From Endozoicomonas acroporae (GTDB lineage: Bacteria; Pseudomonadota; Gammaproteobacteria; Pseudomonadales; Endozoicomonadaceae), in the NCBI RefSeq assembly GCF_002864045.1, contig NZ_PJPV01000057.1, positions 14,626 to 46,625 on the forward strand: a DNA stretch of 32,000 nucleotides. Direction: 5' to 3'. Position numbers and translations under genes: made by a program. Below, one piece after another: positions 11,332-21,963 of the stretch (position 1 is its first letter; every line of letters starts with the position of its first letter). Under the pieces are notes generated by a model that had not been told where the DNA came from, made no database searches, and saw only the letters and a program-made list of their open reading frames with translations.

Positions 11332-12746
11332 CAGGCATCTCCCTTGTAATCAGACCCAATCAGAGCCTGGATAATGTCCAACATCTTCATCCCTTTTGAT
11401 CCTTTCACCATGACAGCCATACTGTCGCTGTTAGTAATGCTCTGAAGCTGTGCTTTCAGAAAGGCAATCAACTCGCTTTTATCGTCGAAGTGCTGTCCGC
11501 TGCCAAAGGCTTCACTGGCCAGGCGCGCAGAAGGCCCGAAACTCAAAAACTGCTGAATACCCAGTTTTTGCGCATAGCGGCCAATGTCCCGATGGCGTTC
11601 ATCGGATATCTCACCCAGGTCCAGCATGTCGCCCAGAACCATAATGGTCCGGCCACCACAGTCCGCCAGCTGTTCCAGTGCCGCCAGCGTCGCTTTCGGG
11701 TTGGCATTGTAAGTTTCATCAATCAGGACTGCACCGGACGAGTGAACAAAGCGTTGTCCACGCCGCTGATAAGGTCGGGCATTTTCCAGTCCACGGGCAA
11801 TAATGTCCAGCGACAACCCACAGGCAAGTGCAACCGCCGCCGCGCAACAGGCATTGGTCACCTGGTAACGACCCCAGAAGGAAAGCTGCAGCGTTTGTTG
11901 CTCTGGCTGCTGCCCCTTTCGGCGAATATGCAACGTGAATCGGGTGCCTTCCTGATTGGGCGTGATATCACTGGCAAAACAGTTCGCCTCAGGACTCTGG
12001 GCACTGAAACTGATCATGTGTCGACCCGGCTTTTGCAGAACCCGGTCACACCACTGACCGTAGAACCGGTCATCCATATTCAGAACTGCTGTACCATCGT
12101 CCGGCAGAGCATCCAGAATAAACCCTTTTTCCCAGGCAACCCCTTCAACACTCTTCAAATCCGCCAGATGGGTTTCAGCGGCATTGACGATCACGGATAC
12201 GTCAGGGCTGCCCATATTGGCAATGTATGCAATTTCACCGGGAGCACTGGTGCCCATCTCAACCACGGCAAACTGATGGGCTTCGTTGATTCTTAACAAC
12301 GTTAAGGGTGTGCCCAGCGCATTATTGAGGTTGCCTTGCGTTGCCAGCGTTGGGCCAGCTTCAGAGAACATCGCCAGCAACATCTCTTTGACCGATGTTT
12401 TGCCGCAGGAGCCGGTAACACCCACCAGACACCCGGCAAAGCGATTGCGATTGGCAGCACCCAACAGCCCAAGTGCCTGTTCACAATTGGCCACCACAAT
12501 CTGTGGCAAAGTGGCACCAGTGACATAGTGTTCGGTCAGGGCAGCAACAGCGCCTGCCGCCTGCGCCTGGTCCAGGTAATCGTGGCCATCAAAGCGGGGA
12601 CCTTTAATAGCAATAAAAAGATCACCCGGTTGCAATGTTCGGGTATCAATACTGACACCGGTAACTGACAGCTCATCATTTGGCAGATCATGCAACTGAC
12701 CGTTAACAATCCCGGCAACTTCGACAAGGCGCATCGATTCAATCAT
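11331..12746 (-). CDS. murF: UDP-N-acetylmuramoyl-tripeptide--D-alanyl-D-alanine ligase
   Basis: Motifs [14 protein letters not shown] and DETYNANP. The ATG at 12746 forms an ATGA overlap with the murE stop. The track extension to 12791 lies inside murE. Confidence 0.92.
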   Translation of the reverse strand: MIESMRLVEVAGIVNGQLHDLPNDELSVTGVSIDTRTLQPGDLFIAIKGPRFDGHDYLDQAQAAGAVAALTEHYVTGATLPQIVVANCEQALGLLGAANRNRFAGCLVGVTGSCGKTSVKEMLLAMFSEAGPTLATQGNLNNALGTPLTLLRINEAHQFAVVEMGTSAPGEIAYIANMGSPDVSVIVNAAETHLADLKSVEGVAWEKGFILDALPDDGTAVLNMDDRFYGQWCDRVLQKPGRHMISFSAQSPEANCFASDITPNQEGTRFTLHIRRKGQQPEQQTLQLSFWGRYQVTNACCAAAVALACGLSLDIIARGLENARPYQRRGQRFVHSSGAVLIDETYNANPKATLAALEQLADCGGRTIMVLGDMLDLGEISDERHRDIGRYAQKLGIQQFLSFGPSARLASEAFGSGQHFDDKSELIAFLKAQLQSITNSDSMAVMVKGSKGMKMLDIIQALIGSDYKGDA

Positions 12747-14326
12747 GCCTGCACATCCTCTTGAACATTTCGCGATCGGGCGCCTGTGCATTGCGATTGC
12801 AATACCCGCTGCACCTGCTCTGCATCATCGAAGTGATGTCGAACACCATCAATTTCCTGATAGTTTTCATGCCCCTTGCCCGCGATCACGATAATGTCAC
12901 CGGCACTGGCGGAAGTAATTGTGGCACGGATGGCTTCAGAGCGATCAGCAATCACCTGAATGCGCTGACGGTCATGCTCTGTAATACCGTCCAGCGCATC
13001 AGTGATGATCTGGCGTGGATCTTCAGTTCTGGGATTATCACTGGTCAGCACTGCTTTATCCGCACCGTTCAAAGCGGCGAACGTCATCAAAGGTCGCTTA
13101 CCTCTGTCCCGGTCACCACCACACCCATATATACAGACAATTTTCCCGGCGTCTTGTTCGCAATCTTTTGTGGAAGGCGTCATTCTCTCTATTTGTGCAC
13201 GGTGCTCACGCAATGAAGAAAGCACACTGTCAATGGCATCCGGCGTATGGGCATAATCAACCAGCACCAGCGGCTGAGTGCCACCACCAAACTGCTGCAT
13301 CCTGCCGGGAGGGGCAGAAATCGCCGGAATAGCCGCCAGAAGGCGATCAAGTGCATACCCCTGGACACCCAACGCAGCGATAACCGCCAACAGATTTTCC
13401 AGGTTAAAACGTCCCAGTAATGAAGTCGCCAATGTACCCACACCCCAGGGCGTATGAAGGGTTGCCCTGAAACCTTGTGGTAACGTCTCAATGTTACTGA
13501 GATACACATCTGCCGAAGCATCTTCCAGGGACCAAGTGGTGATATTGGCACTCTGTGGGCAGGAGGAAAGCATCAGCGGTGCAAACTCATCGTCCTTGCC
13601 AATAACCGCATACCGGTATGTACACTCGGAAAACAGCCGGGCCTTGGCCGCTGCGTAGTTCTCCAGGGAACCGTGATAATCCAGATGATCACGACTGATA
13701 TGGGTAAACAGCGCCACCTCAAAAGAGACCCCGGACACCCGTCCCTGATCAAGCCCGTGGGATGACACCTCCATGGCCAGCGCCTCTACGCCATCCGCTA
13801 CCAGTTGCCCCAGGTACTGCTGCAGGGAAATCACATCACTGGTGGTATTTAAGGAAGCCTCCATCTGCCCCGGCAACCCGCGCCCCACTGTGCCCATTAA
13901 TGCACAGGGCTTGCCCAGCTGCCCGAGGATTTCAGAGATAAACCAGCAACAGGAGGTTTTGCCATTGGTGCCGGTAACACCAATAACGCTCAACTGTTCA
14001 GAAGGTTGCCGATAAAAACGATCAGCCAGCAATCCAACCTTGCCACTGAGGTCCGGAACAAAAAAAACGGACTCATTGCCTGCCGCAGCAGACAGATCAA
14101 ACCCTTCGCTATCATCCACCAGCACCGCTGCGGCACCTTTTTCCAGGGCATCAGCAATGTAATTGCGGCCATCGGACTGAATACCGGGAATCGCAATAAA
14201 CAACTCACCCCCGGTAATCTTGCGACTATCGAGGGTCATATGATTCAGCTTCCTGTCTACCGCTACCACCGGTAGCTGCAGTTCGGCAAGCACGCCATTG
14301 AGAGTATTCTCTTGCTCAGCTGTCAT
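12743..14326 (-). CDS. murE: UDP-N-acetylmuramoyl-L-alanyl-D-glutamate--2,6-diaminopimelate ligase
   Basis: Motifs GVTGTNGKTS, DYAHTPDA and GCGGDRDRGKRP (DAP-type DNPR-like TSDNPRTE). Confidence 0.93.
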   Translation of the reverse strand: MTAEQENTLNGVLAELQLPVVAVDRKLNHMTLDSRKITGGELFIAIPGIQSDGRNYIADALEKGAAAVLVDDSEGFDLSAAAGNESVFFVPDLSGKVGLLADRFYRQPSEQLSVIGVTGTNGKTSCCWFISEILGQLGKPCALMGTVGRGLPGQMEASLNTTSDVISLQQYLGQLVADGVEALAMEVSSHGLDQGRVSGVSFEVALFTHISRDHLDYHGSLENYAAAKARLFSECTYRYAVIGKDDEFAPLMLSSCPQSANITTWSLEDASADVYLSNIETLPQGFRATLHTPWGVGTLATSLLGRFNLENLLAVIAALGVQGYALDRLLAAIPAISAPPGRMQQFGGGTQPLVLVDYAHTPDAIDSVLSSLREHRAQIERMTPSTKDCEQDAGKIVCIYGCGGDRDRGKRPLMTFAALNGADKAVLTSDNPRTEDPRQIITDALDGITEHDRQRIQVIADRSEAIRATITSASAGDIIVIAGKGHENYQEIDGVRHHFDDAEQVQRVLQSQCTGARSRNVQEDVQA

Positions 14327-14337
14327 TGCTTTTCGCT

Positions 14338-16173
14338 TTAACCTTCTTCCAATGGTGTAGAAATTTGCTCATCCCGATCATGGGGATTAAATGCCATACG
14401 CCGATCTGCCCCCGGATTACCCAACTCACCAGGCTCAACCCCCAGCATTCGCAGCGCCCCGGCTGCCACCTTGGAGAATACCGGCGCGGCAATCAGGCCA
14501 CCGTAATAGTTCTTGCCAGAGGGATCATCAATAATGACCACCATGGCAAACCGGGGATTATCAATAGGTGCCAAACCGGCAAACATACCTATGTAGCGAT
14601 CCTTGATATAACCGTTTGGCCCCACCTTTCTGGCTGTTCCGGTTTTCCCGCCAACCTCAAAGGCATCGATCATCGCCCGGCCACCGGTTCCGCCATGAAC
14701 CACCTCACGAAGCATTTTCCTCAGATCATCCGCCACCTGCTGATCCATTACCCGAACACCGTCGGGCACCACATCTCTCTTGATCAGCGAGACAGGGCGC
14801 ATCATGCCACCGGAGCCAAGTACGGTATAGGCCTGAGCCAGTTGTAACGGTGTCACGGTCAAACCGTAGCCAAAGGATAAGGTGGCAATCTCGATATCAC
14901 TCCAGCGATCCCGATAGGGCAAATAGCCCGGATTTTCACCGGGAAAACCGGTGCCGGTGCTTTGACCAAGGCCAACCCTCTGGAGCAAATCCAGCATCTT
15001 ATCCGGACCAATGGCCAGCACCATTTTTGACACCCCGACGTTACTGGACTGTCTCAGCACAGTGGTCACATCAATAGCACCGTGATTCCGGTTATCCTTT
15101 ACCTGATCCCTGCCCAGTCGCAGGTAACCGGGTGCGGTATTAATCACTGAGTCTTTGTGAAACTGACCAGACTCCAGGGCAGCCGCTACCGCAAAAGGTT
15201 TCATTGTTGACCCCGGCTCGACCATATCGGTCACCACCCGGTTGCGCATCTTATGGGCCTGCATATCCGCCCGGTTATTCGGGTTGTAGGCAGGCTGGTT
15301 GACCATTGCCAGGACTTCCCCGGTCTTGACATCCAGCATGATCAAAGAACCCGCCTTGGCTTTGTGCTGCTCAACCGCCTTTTTCAACTCCCGGTAAGCC
15401 ATATACTGAAGCCTCAGATCAATACTGAGCATCAGTTCCTTGCCGGGGCTGGCACTTTTCATCAGCTCAGCCTGTCGGGCAAGCTGGCCTTTACGGTCTT
15501 TCAGCACCCTTCGCTGACCAGGCTCACCGGACAGCCAATCATTGTAGGCTAACTCCAGACCTTCCTGACCAGACTCATCGATATTGGTAAAACCCACCAG
15601 ATGGGCGGTCACCTCGGCAGCCGGGTAGTAGCGCCGGTGCTCATTGATCGCCCCGACACCCGGCACTCTCAAGGCCATGACCGTTGCCCCCTGCTCCGGA
15701 GTCAGCTGCCGTTTGAGGTAGATAAAATCCCGGGTTTTAGCCGCCTGCACACGATCCGACAACCACTTATGGGAAACGCCCAAGGCCTTTGCCAGGTCCT
15801 GCCAGCGGTCACTGGCCTGGTACAGCACTTCAGGGTCAGCCCAGATCGTGACAACCGGCGTACTGACCGCCAGCGGGTCACCATTGCGGTCAAAAATTAC
15901 GCCTCTGTGCGCAGCCACTGACTCATAGCGAACAGAACGTTTATCACCTTCATTTTGCAGAAAGTGCCGATCCAGCAATTGCAAATCGACAATTCGGTAA
16001 CCAATGGCCAGCCCTGCCACCAACAGGACCGATTGCAGCATTTTCAGCCGCCACTTTCGGGTCAGGCTATTCACCACACGGCCAATCCAGGCAGTCCCCT
16101 TGCCAGCTTTGCTCTCGGCCGCTGACCGGTTTCGCGGTGATACTTTCTGTCCCTGAGCTCGCCCCTGAGTCAT
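14338..16173 (-). CDS. ftsI: peptidoglycan D,D-transpeptidase FtsI (PBP3)
   Basis: 611 aa with an N-terminal TM anchor and the penicillin-binding motifs STMKPF, SSN and KTGT. ATGA overlap with the ftsL stop. Confidence 0.93.
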   Translation of the reverse strand: MTQGRAQGQKVSPRNRSAAESKAGKGTAWIGRVVNSLTRKWRLKMLQSVLLVAGLAIGYRIVDLQLLDRHFLQNEGDKRSVRYESVAAHRGVIFDRNGDPLAVSTPVVTIWADPEVLYQASDRWQDLAKALGVSHKWLSDRVQAAKTRDFIYLKRQLTPEQGATVMALRVPGVGAINEHRRYYPAAEVTAHLVGFTNIDESGQEGLELAYNDWLSGEPGQRRVLKDRKGQLARQAELMKSASPGKELMLSIDLRLQYMAYRELKKAVEQHKAKAGSLIMLDVKTGEVLAMVNQPAYNPNNRADMQAHKMRNRVVTDMVEPGSTMKPFAVAAALESGQFHKDSVINTAPGYLRLGRDQVKDNRNHGAIDVTTVLRQSSNVGVSKMVLAIGPDKMLDLLQRVGLGQSTGTGFPGENPGYLPYRDRWSDIEIATLSFGYGLTVTPLQLAQAYTVLGSGGMMRPVSLIKRDVVPDGVRVMDQQVADDLRKMLREVVHGGTGGRAMIDAFEVGGKTGTARKVGPNGYIKDRYIGMFAGLAPIDNPRFAMVVIIDDPSGKNYYGGLIAAPVFSKVAAGALRMLGVEPGELGNPGADRRMAFNPHDRDEQISTPLEEG

Positions 16174-16487
16174 GGCAGAACCATCTCTATCTGGCTGCTC
16201 TTTGGCACATCCATGTCCAGTTTCTCCCTGGCAACCTGTTCAATTTTTCCCGGTGATGTCAGTGTGCTGTGCTCCAGCAACAACTTACCCCACTCAACCT
16301 GTGCACTGTTCCGGTTCTCAAGCTCCTGCTGAATCCGGTTATTCAGAAGACGGTTCTCGTAGGAAACGTAACCCACAGACAATCCCGACAATATCACCAG
16401 CAACAACAGCAAAAGCGCAGCACCATAAGATCGAAGAAGATGCAGACACGCCAGAAGACCACTATCCATCATCAGGCCCATCGTCAA
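16170..16487 (-). CDS. ftsL: cell division protein FtsL
   Basis: 105 aa with a single TM and a coiled-coil-like periplasmic part. ATGA overlaps on both sides (rsmH stop, ftsI start). Canonical position. Confidence 0.85.
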   Translation of the reverse strand: MTMGLMMDSGLLACLHLLRSYGAALLLLLLVILSGLSVGYVSYENRLLNNRIQQELENRNSAQVEWGKLLLEHSTLTSPGKIEQVAREKLDMDVPKSSQIEMVLP

Positions 16488-17425
16488 GACAGCTTTTCTG
16501 CCACACGCATAACCGCACTTCGTGCCCTGGGATTTTCCTGCACTTCCTGCCGGGAAGGTTTGATCGCCTTGCCCAGACTTTTCATCCGTCGATTCAACTG
16601 ATCTTCTGTCACCGGCAGCCAGCTTGGCAGCTCATCCCCCTTTTGATGCTTGCGGATAAAGCGTTTGACAATCCTGTCTTCCAATGAGTGAAAGCTGATA
16701 ACCACCAGTCGGCCACCGGGCTTCAATTTTTCCAGGGCCCGATCCAGACACAGCACCAGATCCTCCAGCTCCCGGTTGATATGGATCCTGATGGCCTGAA
16801 ACGCACGGGTCGCCGGATGCTTACCCTTCTCCCTGGTGGGGCAGGCCGCAGCAATGATATCGGCAAGCCGTCGTGTGGTCAGAATCGGTTCAATATCCCT
16901 TTCCCTGACAATGGCCCTGGCCATCCTGCGGGAAAAACGGTCTTCGCCATATTCCCAGATTACCCGGCTTATCTCCTGTTCTTCTGCCCGAGCCAGCCAG
17001 CCTGCAGCAGTCTCGCCATCCTGGTGATTCATCCGCATATCCAGAGGTCCCTCCTGCATAAAGCTGAAACCTCTTTCCGGATCATCCAGCTGGGGCGAAG
17101 AAACCCCAAGATCCAGCAAAATCCCATCCACCAACTGGTCACTGTGCACGGAATCCACATCGGTAAAAGAACCGTGATGAATTGCAAAGCGTGGGTCCTC
17201 ACTGGCCAGCTGGACACCGGTGGCAATAGCCAATGGATCTTTATCAATACCCACCAGCCGTCCCTGCTCTGACAGGGTGCTCAAAATCAAACGACTGTGC
17301 CCGCCTCGGCCAAAAGTACCGTCGACATAGATTCCGGCAGGATCCGTCAGCAACGCATCGACAGCCTCATTCAGCAGCACTGTTTTATGCACATGGTCAG
17401 CCACCTCATTTTGGGTCGCTACCAT
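16484..17425 (-). CDS. rsmH: 16S rRNA (cytosine1402-N4)-methyltransferase RsmH (MraW)
   Basis: Motifs [32 protein letters not shown] and [12 protein letters not shown]. The track ORF begins at 17482 with no SD. The ATG at 17425 has AGGTGG 7 nt upstream and gives a 313-aa product like E. coli. Start is uncertain between these two. Confidence 0.92.
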   Translation of the reverse strand: MVATQNEVADHVHKTVLLNEAVDALLTDPAGIYVDGTFGRGGHSRLILSTLSEQGRLVGIDKDPLAIATGVQLASEDPRFAIHHGSFTDVDSVHSDQLVDGILLDLGVSSPQLDDPERGFSFMQEGPLDMRMNHQDGETAAGWLARAEEQEISRVIWEYGEDRFSRRMARAIVRERDIEPILTTRRLADIIAAACPTREKGKHPATRAFQAIRIHINRELEDLVLCLDRALEKLKPGGRLVVISFHSLEDRIVKRFIRKHQKGDELPSWLPVTEDQLNRRMKSLGKAIKPSRQEVQENPRARSAVMRVAEKLS

Positions 17426-17529
17426 TTCCTTGCCACCTTTGCTGACATCTGCCTGACTACCAACACGATTTAACGATTTCATAAACTTTTCACAAAGCTT
17501 TCTTAACTCAAAAACAGCAAAAAAGTGAT

Positions 17530-17985
17530 TTACAAAGAGAGCGACTGCAATTCCATCGGAATCTCTTCTGATTCACTGGCTTCTTTCAGGTATTGGTCGC
17601 GGCGCTCATTCCAGCAACGTTCATCCCAAAGCTCGAATTTCTTGCCCTGACCCAGCAAAATACTGCGCTTTTCAAGACCTGCGTAGTCACGCAACAGTGG
17701 AGGGATAAGAATACGCCCATTGCCGTCCAGCTCTACATCGGTGGCGTGCCCAATCAAGAGCCTCTGAATCCGGCGAGTCATTGGATGAAAACTGGGAAGT
17801 GCTTCAATTTTCTGCTGAATAAGCTCCCACTCATCCAATGGATAAATCAGCAAGCAAGGTTCGTCGGTGTCAATCGTTGCCACCAGGGCACCACCGCAGC
17901 GATCCCGCAACACCTGCCGATAACGGGCTGGTATGGCAAGACGCCCTTTGGCATCCAGATTAATGGCATTTACACCGCGAAACAC
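17530..17985 (-). CDS. mraZ: transcriptional regulator MraZ
   Basis: 151 aa, [23 protein letters not shown]... with two SpoVT/AbrB-like halves, collinear with E. coli MraZ. GTG start preceded by GGGAGAAGG. Confidence 0.95.
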   Translation of the reverse strand: MFRGVNAINLDAKGRLAIPARYRQVLRDRCGGALVATIDTDEPCLLIYPLDEWELIQQKIEALPSFHPMTRRIQRLLIGHATDVELDGNGRILIPPLLRDYAGLEKRSILLGQGKKFELWDERCWNERRDQYLKEASESEEIPMELQSLSL

Positions 17986-18073
17986 ATTACCTTCTCCCTG
18001 GTCCCCGAACCCCTGAAAACCTTAAAGTGACCATCACTTATAAAAAGCACTAATGAGAGCCAACTCCATTCGG

Positions 18074-18152
18074 CCACCCATTTCGCTCCACCTGTTTCGT
18101 TCCACCAATTGGCCCCGCCAATTCGCCCCACAATAATCCACTTTACACCACT
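18074..18152 (-). promoter_or_regulatory. array of seven GTGG-core direct repeats in the mraZ 5' leader (candidate MraZ operator)
   Basis: Minus strand reads AGTGGTGTAA AGTGGATTAT TGTGGGGCGA (three copies at exactly 10-bp spacing). Next come AATTGGCGGGGCC AATTGGTGGAACG AAACAGGTGGAGCG AAATGGGTGGCCG (four copies at 13-14 bp spacing). E. coli MraZ is known to bind GTGGG repeats with 10-bp periodicity at Pmra. Confidence 0.5.
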
Positions 18153-18159
18153 AAAGCAC

Positions 18160-18188
18160 ACTATAGGAATCTGAAAAACCCACGTCAA
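18160..18188 (-). promoter_or_regulatory. Pmra-type sigma70 promoter of the dcw operon
   Basis: Minus strand reads TTGACG (18188-18183), a 17-nt spacer, then TATAGT (18165-18160). The predicted +1 lies immediately before the first GTGG repeat. Confidence 0.55.
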
Positions 18189-18469
18189 GCAGGGGTTCTA
18201 CCTCTTCCCCGTCATTATTGGACAACCCAATAAAAGAACAGTTTGAAAAATGAATAGCGAAAGCCTTTAAACAAAGGGCAAAACAGAATCTATGGAGGAA
18301 TTAAAGAACTATGGTTCTATTTTTTTAAAGACAGCAACAGCGGGTACAAAACACTTTTATTGCGATAAAGACTTTGGATTTAAAGACAGTGAGACAAAGG
18401 CAGAGTCGCGTCCGAGGCAACAGACACCCTGAAAACGATCAGGAAAAGCAAACTTGAAGCGGAAAAAAG

Positions 18470-18882
<413 letters not shown>

Positions 18883-18888
18883 CGGCGA

Positions 18889-18917
18889 ATATTACTTGTG
18901 AAATCTGCAATAATCAA
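18889..18917 (-). promoter_or_regulatory. candidate rnpB promoter
   Basis: Minus strand reads TTGATT (18917-18912), a 17-nt spacer, then TAATAT (18894-18889), 7 nt upstream of the start of the P1 stem. Confidence 0.5.
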
Positions 18918-19112
18918 CAGTAACAACAAACCACCCGATTTCGGGGTTGGCAAAAACCGTCATTCATATCCCCACTTGCAGCAAAAACCCGTTTATGATT
19001 TGTCCCGGAATACCTTCATCACTTTACCTGGTCTGTTAAAAAGCGCTGCCCACAAAAGCACATTTCGGGTAGCGGGAAGCGTCTATTTCAGGACAACTCC
19101 CGTGATCAGCAG

Positions 19113-19958
19113 CTACTCCCCCTTCTTCATGTCCAAACCCAATTCATAAAGGTCTTTCTTTCTCAACCCGGTCAGATCAGCGACCACGGCAGCCGCTTTT
19201 TTAATAGGCAAATCCTGTAACAGACGTTGCAGCATTTTTGCAATATCGGGGCTGATTTCAGAATCTTCTTCCTCTTTATAGCCCTCGATCAACACCACAA
19301 ACTCGCCACGCTGCTGATTGGCATCGGATTGCAAAACGGCCTGAATCTCCGATACCGTTCCGGTCATCACGGTTTCAAAGGTTTTGGTGATTTCCCGGGC
19401 AAGAGCAATGTACCGGTCACCACCGAGCACCGTTGCCAGATCTTCCAGAAGTTCCATAATACGGTGTGGCGACTCATAAACCCCCCAGGTACTGGCAAAA
19501 GCCGCCAACGATTCTATTCGCTTGCGACGCCCCGCCCCTTTCGCGGGCAGAAAACCTGCAAAATAAAAACGATCAGTAGGCAAACCACTGACTGACAGCG
19601 CGGCGATAAATGCGCAGGCCCCGGGAATGGGAACCACCCGAAATCCAGCCTCTCTCACCGACCGGACCAGGTAAAAGCCAGGGTCAGAAATTAACGGCGT
19701 ACCGGCATCACTGATCAGGGCAATAGTCTCCCCCGCCTGCATACGTCGCACAATCATCCCGGCCTGATGTCGTTCATTGTGGTCATGACAGGGAATCAGC
19801 GGAGTATCAATACCGAAGTGATTCATCAAACGCTTACTGTGCCGGGTATCCTCTGCGGCAATAACGTCAACCTGACGAAGCACCTCTATGGCCCTGGGCG
19901 TCATATCACCCAGATTACCCATTGGCGTAGAAACTATATAAAGAAGCGGGTCAGACAT
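19113..19958 (-). CDS. rsmI: 16S rRNA (cytidine1402-2'-O)-methyltransferase RsmI
   Basis: Motifs LYIVSTPMGNLGDMTPRA, IAAEDTRHS and SDAGTPLISDPG, collinear with E. coli RsmI. The track start at 19991 is a TTG; the first ATG is 19958. Confidence 0.92.
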   Translation of the reverse strand: MSDPLLYIVSTPMGNLGDMTPRAIEVLRQVDVIAAEDTRHSKRLMNHFGIDTPLIPCHDHNERHQAGMIVRRMQAGETIALISDAGTPLISDPGFYLVRSVREAGFRVVPIPGACAFIAALSVSGLPTDRFYFAGFLPAKGAGRRKRIESLAAFASTWGVYESPHRIMELLEDLATVLGGDRYIALAREITKTFETVMTGTVSEIQAVLQSDANQQRGEFVVLIEGYKEEEDSEISPDIAKMLQRLLQDLPIKKAAAVVADLTGLRKKDLYELGLDMKKGE

Positions 19959-20238
19959 GACAATAAAGAACCGATATGAATTTTCAGGCAATAGCTTACC
20001 ATTTTGATCACTTCACATCCGAAAAAAATCCAGACAGGATCAAAACCCTGACTGCCATTGCGGCAGAAGACTTTAGCCCCGGCAAAGAACATGACCACCC
20101 GCAATACGTCACCAGACGCCATTGTGAACTCACGACCCCAGGTTAGTGTACTGAACTTTTTTTTAATCAATAGGTCAATGAATGGTGAATACTTTTTTTC
20201 CACACAATGTGTTTTTCCTGCAATTACAGAGATAATCT

Positions 20239-21450
20239 ATGATCACTGGCACTTCTACTTCCACCTGTTTAAATACTGATGCTCCCCCCACTTACCAGGA
20301 AGCCATCGATGACAGTCTTTATTCAATTGATCAGCTGGCAGGAAAATTTATTGTCAACGCCGAAGCAATCCGTAAATCCAACCAAGGGGACATTAACCAA
20401 TGCAAAAAATCACTGTTTGCCAGAATGATCAAGCAATTAAATGAGCGCATCCCCAGACCTTTTATACTCCCGGCTGAACTGAGCGCACTAACCAACCCAA
20501 AGGATTTTAGCCATTGCGATTGGAAAAAGTGGCAAGACAACGTCGACCAGAAGGATTTTGATAAGGGATATGGTGCCATCGAGGAAATAGGAGACAGGAT
20601 CGGATCGGAGGACACAGAAAAACTTCTGTTTGAATTTTTACCACCATTGGACCCGGAGTATTATGACTTTTTTTCTGTAACTTCTATTTTAAACAAAGAG
20701 AAGCCTTTTCAGCAGGTGGCCTGGCTAATGCGAGGCCGATGTATACCCGCAAAAGACTTTATTACGAAAGCCATCTCAATGGGACTCGTGGACGAAGAAC
20801 TGGTTAACAAGATATACGCTCGGGGTTCCATGGATCAAGGCAGCTCAGTAAACGATGAAACACCTGATAGCAAGCTGCCGGATTACAAAACTTCATGCAA
20901 CCAACTTGAGGTCGCCTCAGCCTGTGATCTGGCTGGAGAATTCATAACAACCGCTATTACCTGCGGGAGAGATACTGATGCCGATAAAATTGAACTAATG
21001 CATCAGTTTACTTCCATTCTGAATGAAACTCACAGGTGTGGTGTCAGTGTCATAGGCGTTAATCCAGGGCAGTTCGGCAACAATCCGACCACAGTGATTA
21101 AGTCAGATTGGTCAAACTGGCAAAAGGCAGTTTATAAAAAAATTAAAAAAAGCAATACCTGGGTGCCACGGAACGAAAAAACTATTGAAAAGATTGAAGG
21201 TATATTATTAAAAAGTAACCTCAACCCTGACATGCTGCACACTGTTTTTAGGTCAAACCCGGATATCCGTGATTTAAACTTCAACCCTGGAAAAAAAGTA
21301 CCCCATAGTGAAGATTTGCTTAAGTCAGCGTTCATGTTTTGTAAAGGCTCCTGTCAACCAATAACTAACATCATCACTGGTTTGATTGAGTCAGGCTGTT
21401 TAACTCAAAAAACCATTAATAAAATTTATTCACTGGGCATCAGCTCTTAA
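20239..21450 (+). CDS. hypothetical protein built of two tandem ~195-aa modules, with an N-terminal PPxY motif (no family recognised)
   Basis: 403-aa ORF, the only long ORF in an AT-richer stretch. Internal duplication: PPTYQEA/LPDYKTS, QLAGKFI/DLAGEFI, CDWKKWQ/SDWSNWQ, and CIPAKDFITKAISMGLVDEELVNKIYARG/CQPITNIITGLIESGCLTQKTINKIYSLG. Confidence 0.7.
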   Translation: MITGTSTSTCLNTDAPPTYQEAIDDSLYSIDQLAGKFIVNAEAIRKSNQGDINQCKKSLFARMIKQLNERIPRPFILPAELSALTNPKDFSHCDWKKWQDNVDQKDFDKGYGAIEEIGDRIGSEDTEKLLFEFLPPLDPEYYDFFSVTSILNKEKPFQQVAWLMRGRCIPAKDFITKAISMGLVDEELVNKIYARGSMDQGSSVNDETPDSKLPDYKTSCNQLEVASACDLAGEFITTAITCGRDTDADKIELMHQFTSILNETHRCGVSVIGVNPGQFGNNPTTVIKSDWSNWQKAVYKKIKKSNTWVPRNEKTIEKIEGILLKSNLNPDMLHTVFRSNPDIRDLNFNPGKKVPHSEDLLKSAFMFCKGSCQPITNIITGLIESGCLTQKTINKIYSLGISS

Positions 21451-21597
21451 AAATTCAGATTACCAAGGTTGAACAGGATGAGCACTTCAGTTTAATTAAA
21501 AAACTACTGACGTGCATCACTCTCAGTTGCCCAATATCGCTGAGCAGCCTGGTTTTACTATACGAAAGAGAATATTCTGCCTCTGGATTTTATCCTC

Positions 21598-21826
21598 TCA
21601 ATGATTGCAGCCTTGGCTGGAGTTGGAAACTTTGTTAGCCGGGTTGTTTGTTCGTTTTTTGAGCTGCTGGGCCAAATTAAGCAGCACACTGTTTTGGGTC
21701 GCTTCTGCCACAACCATATGAAACAGTTCATCCCCCTTGCCCGTATTCCCCCCCTTGGCTCAGCTCTTTCTTATCCAGCTCAAGGGCAGCGTGCGCTTTT
21801 ATATTATCTTTCCAGTCTTTTACCGG
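21598..21826 (-). pseudogene. possible remnant of a GntR/FadR-type regulator (fragment of an FCD ligand-binding domain)
   Basis: A minus-strand frame, open for 75 codons with no usable start, reads ...LELDKKELSQGGNTGKGDELFHMVVAEATQNSVLLNLAQQLKKR.... The D-x2-FH-x5-A-x2-N pattern is typical of FCD domains. No wHTH part is present. Motif-level evidence only. Confidence 0.25.
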
Positions 21827-21963
21827 TCAGCAATGCAGACTGAATATAAGTAGTTAACCAACATTTTTTTCACGCTACCTGGCATACAATCACCAACCGG
21901 ATCAAAACGGAAAAAAGAGACACTGCTTTAACGAGATTTAAAATTTGGAGTCTGATCACTATC

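Noticed and set aside
4261-17445. Numerous 60-300 aa ORFs overlapping the dcw genes in other frames (e.g. 4430-5116, 5312-6112, 8847-9755, 11490-12296, 16688-17272)
   Set aside because: These are shadow ORFs of strongly supported Mur/Fts genes. They have skewed composition and no independent signals.
19934-20279. ORFs 19934-20203 (-) and 20058-20279 (+) in the rsmI / orphan-gene divergent region
   Set aside because: They lie in AT-rich intergenic sequence, overlap each other and the rsmI start, and have no RBS or homology.
21601-21843. 80-aa plus-strand ORF upstream of the RND locus
   Set aside because: It has no RBS or homology. The opposite strand carries the FCD-like fragment, which explains the open frame better.
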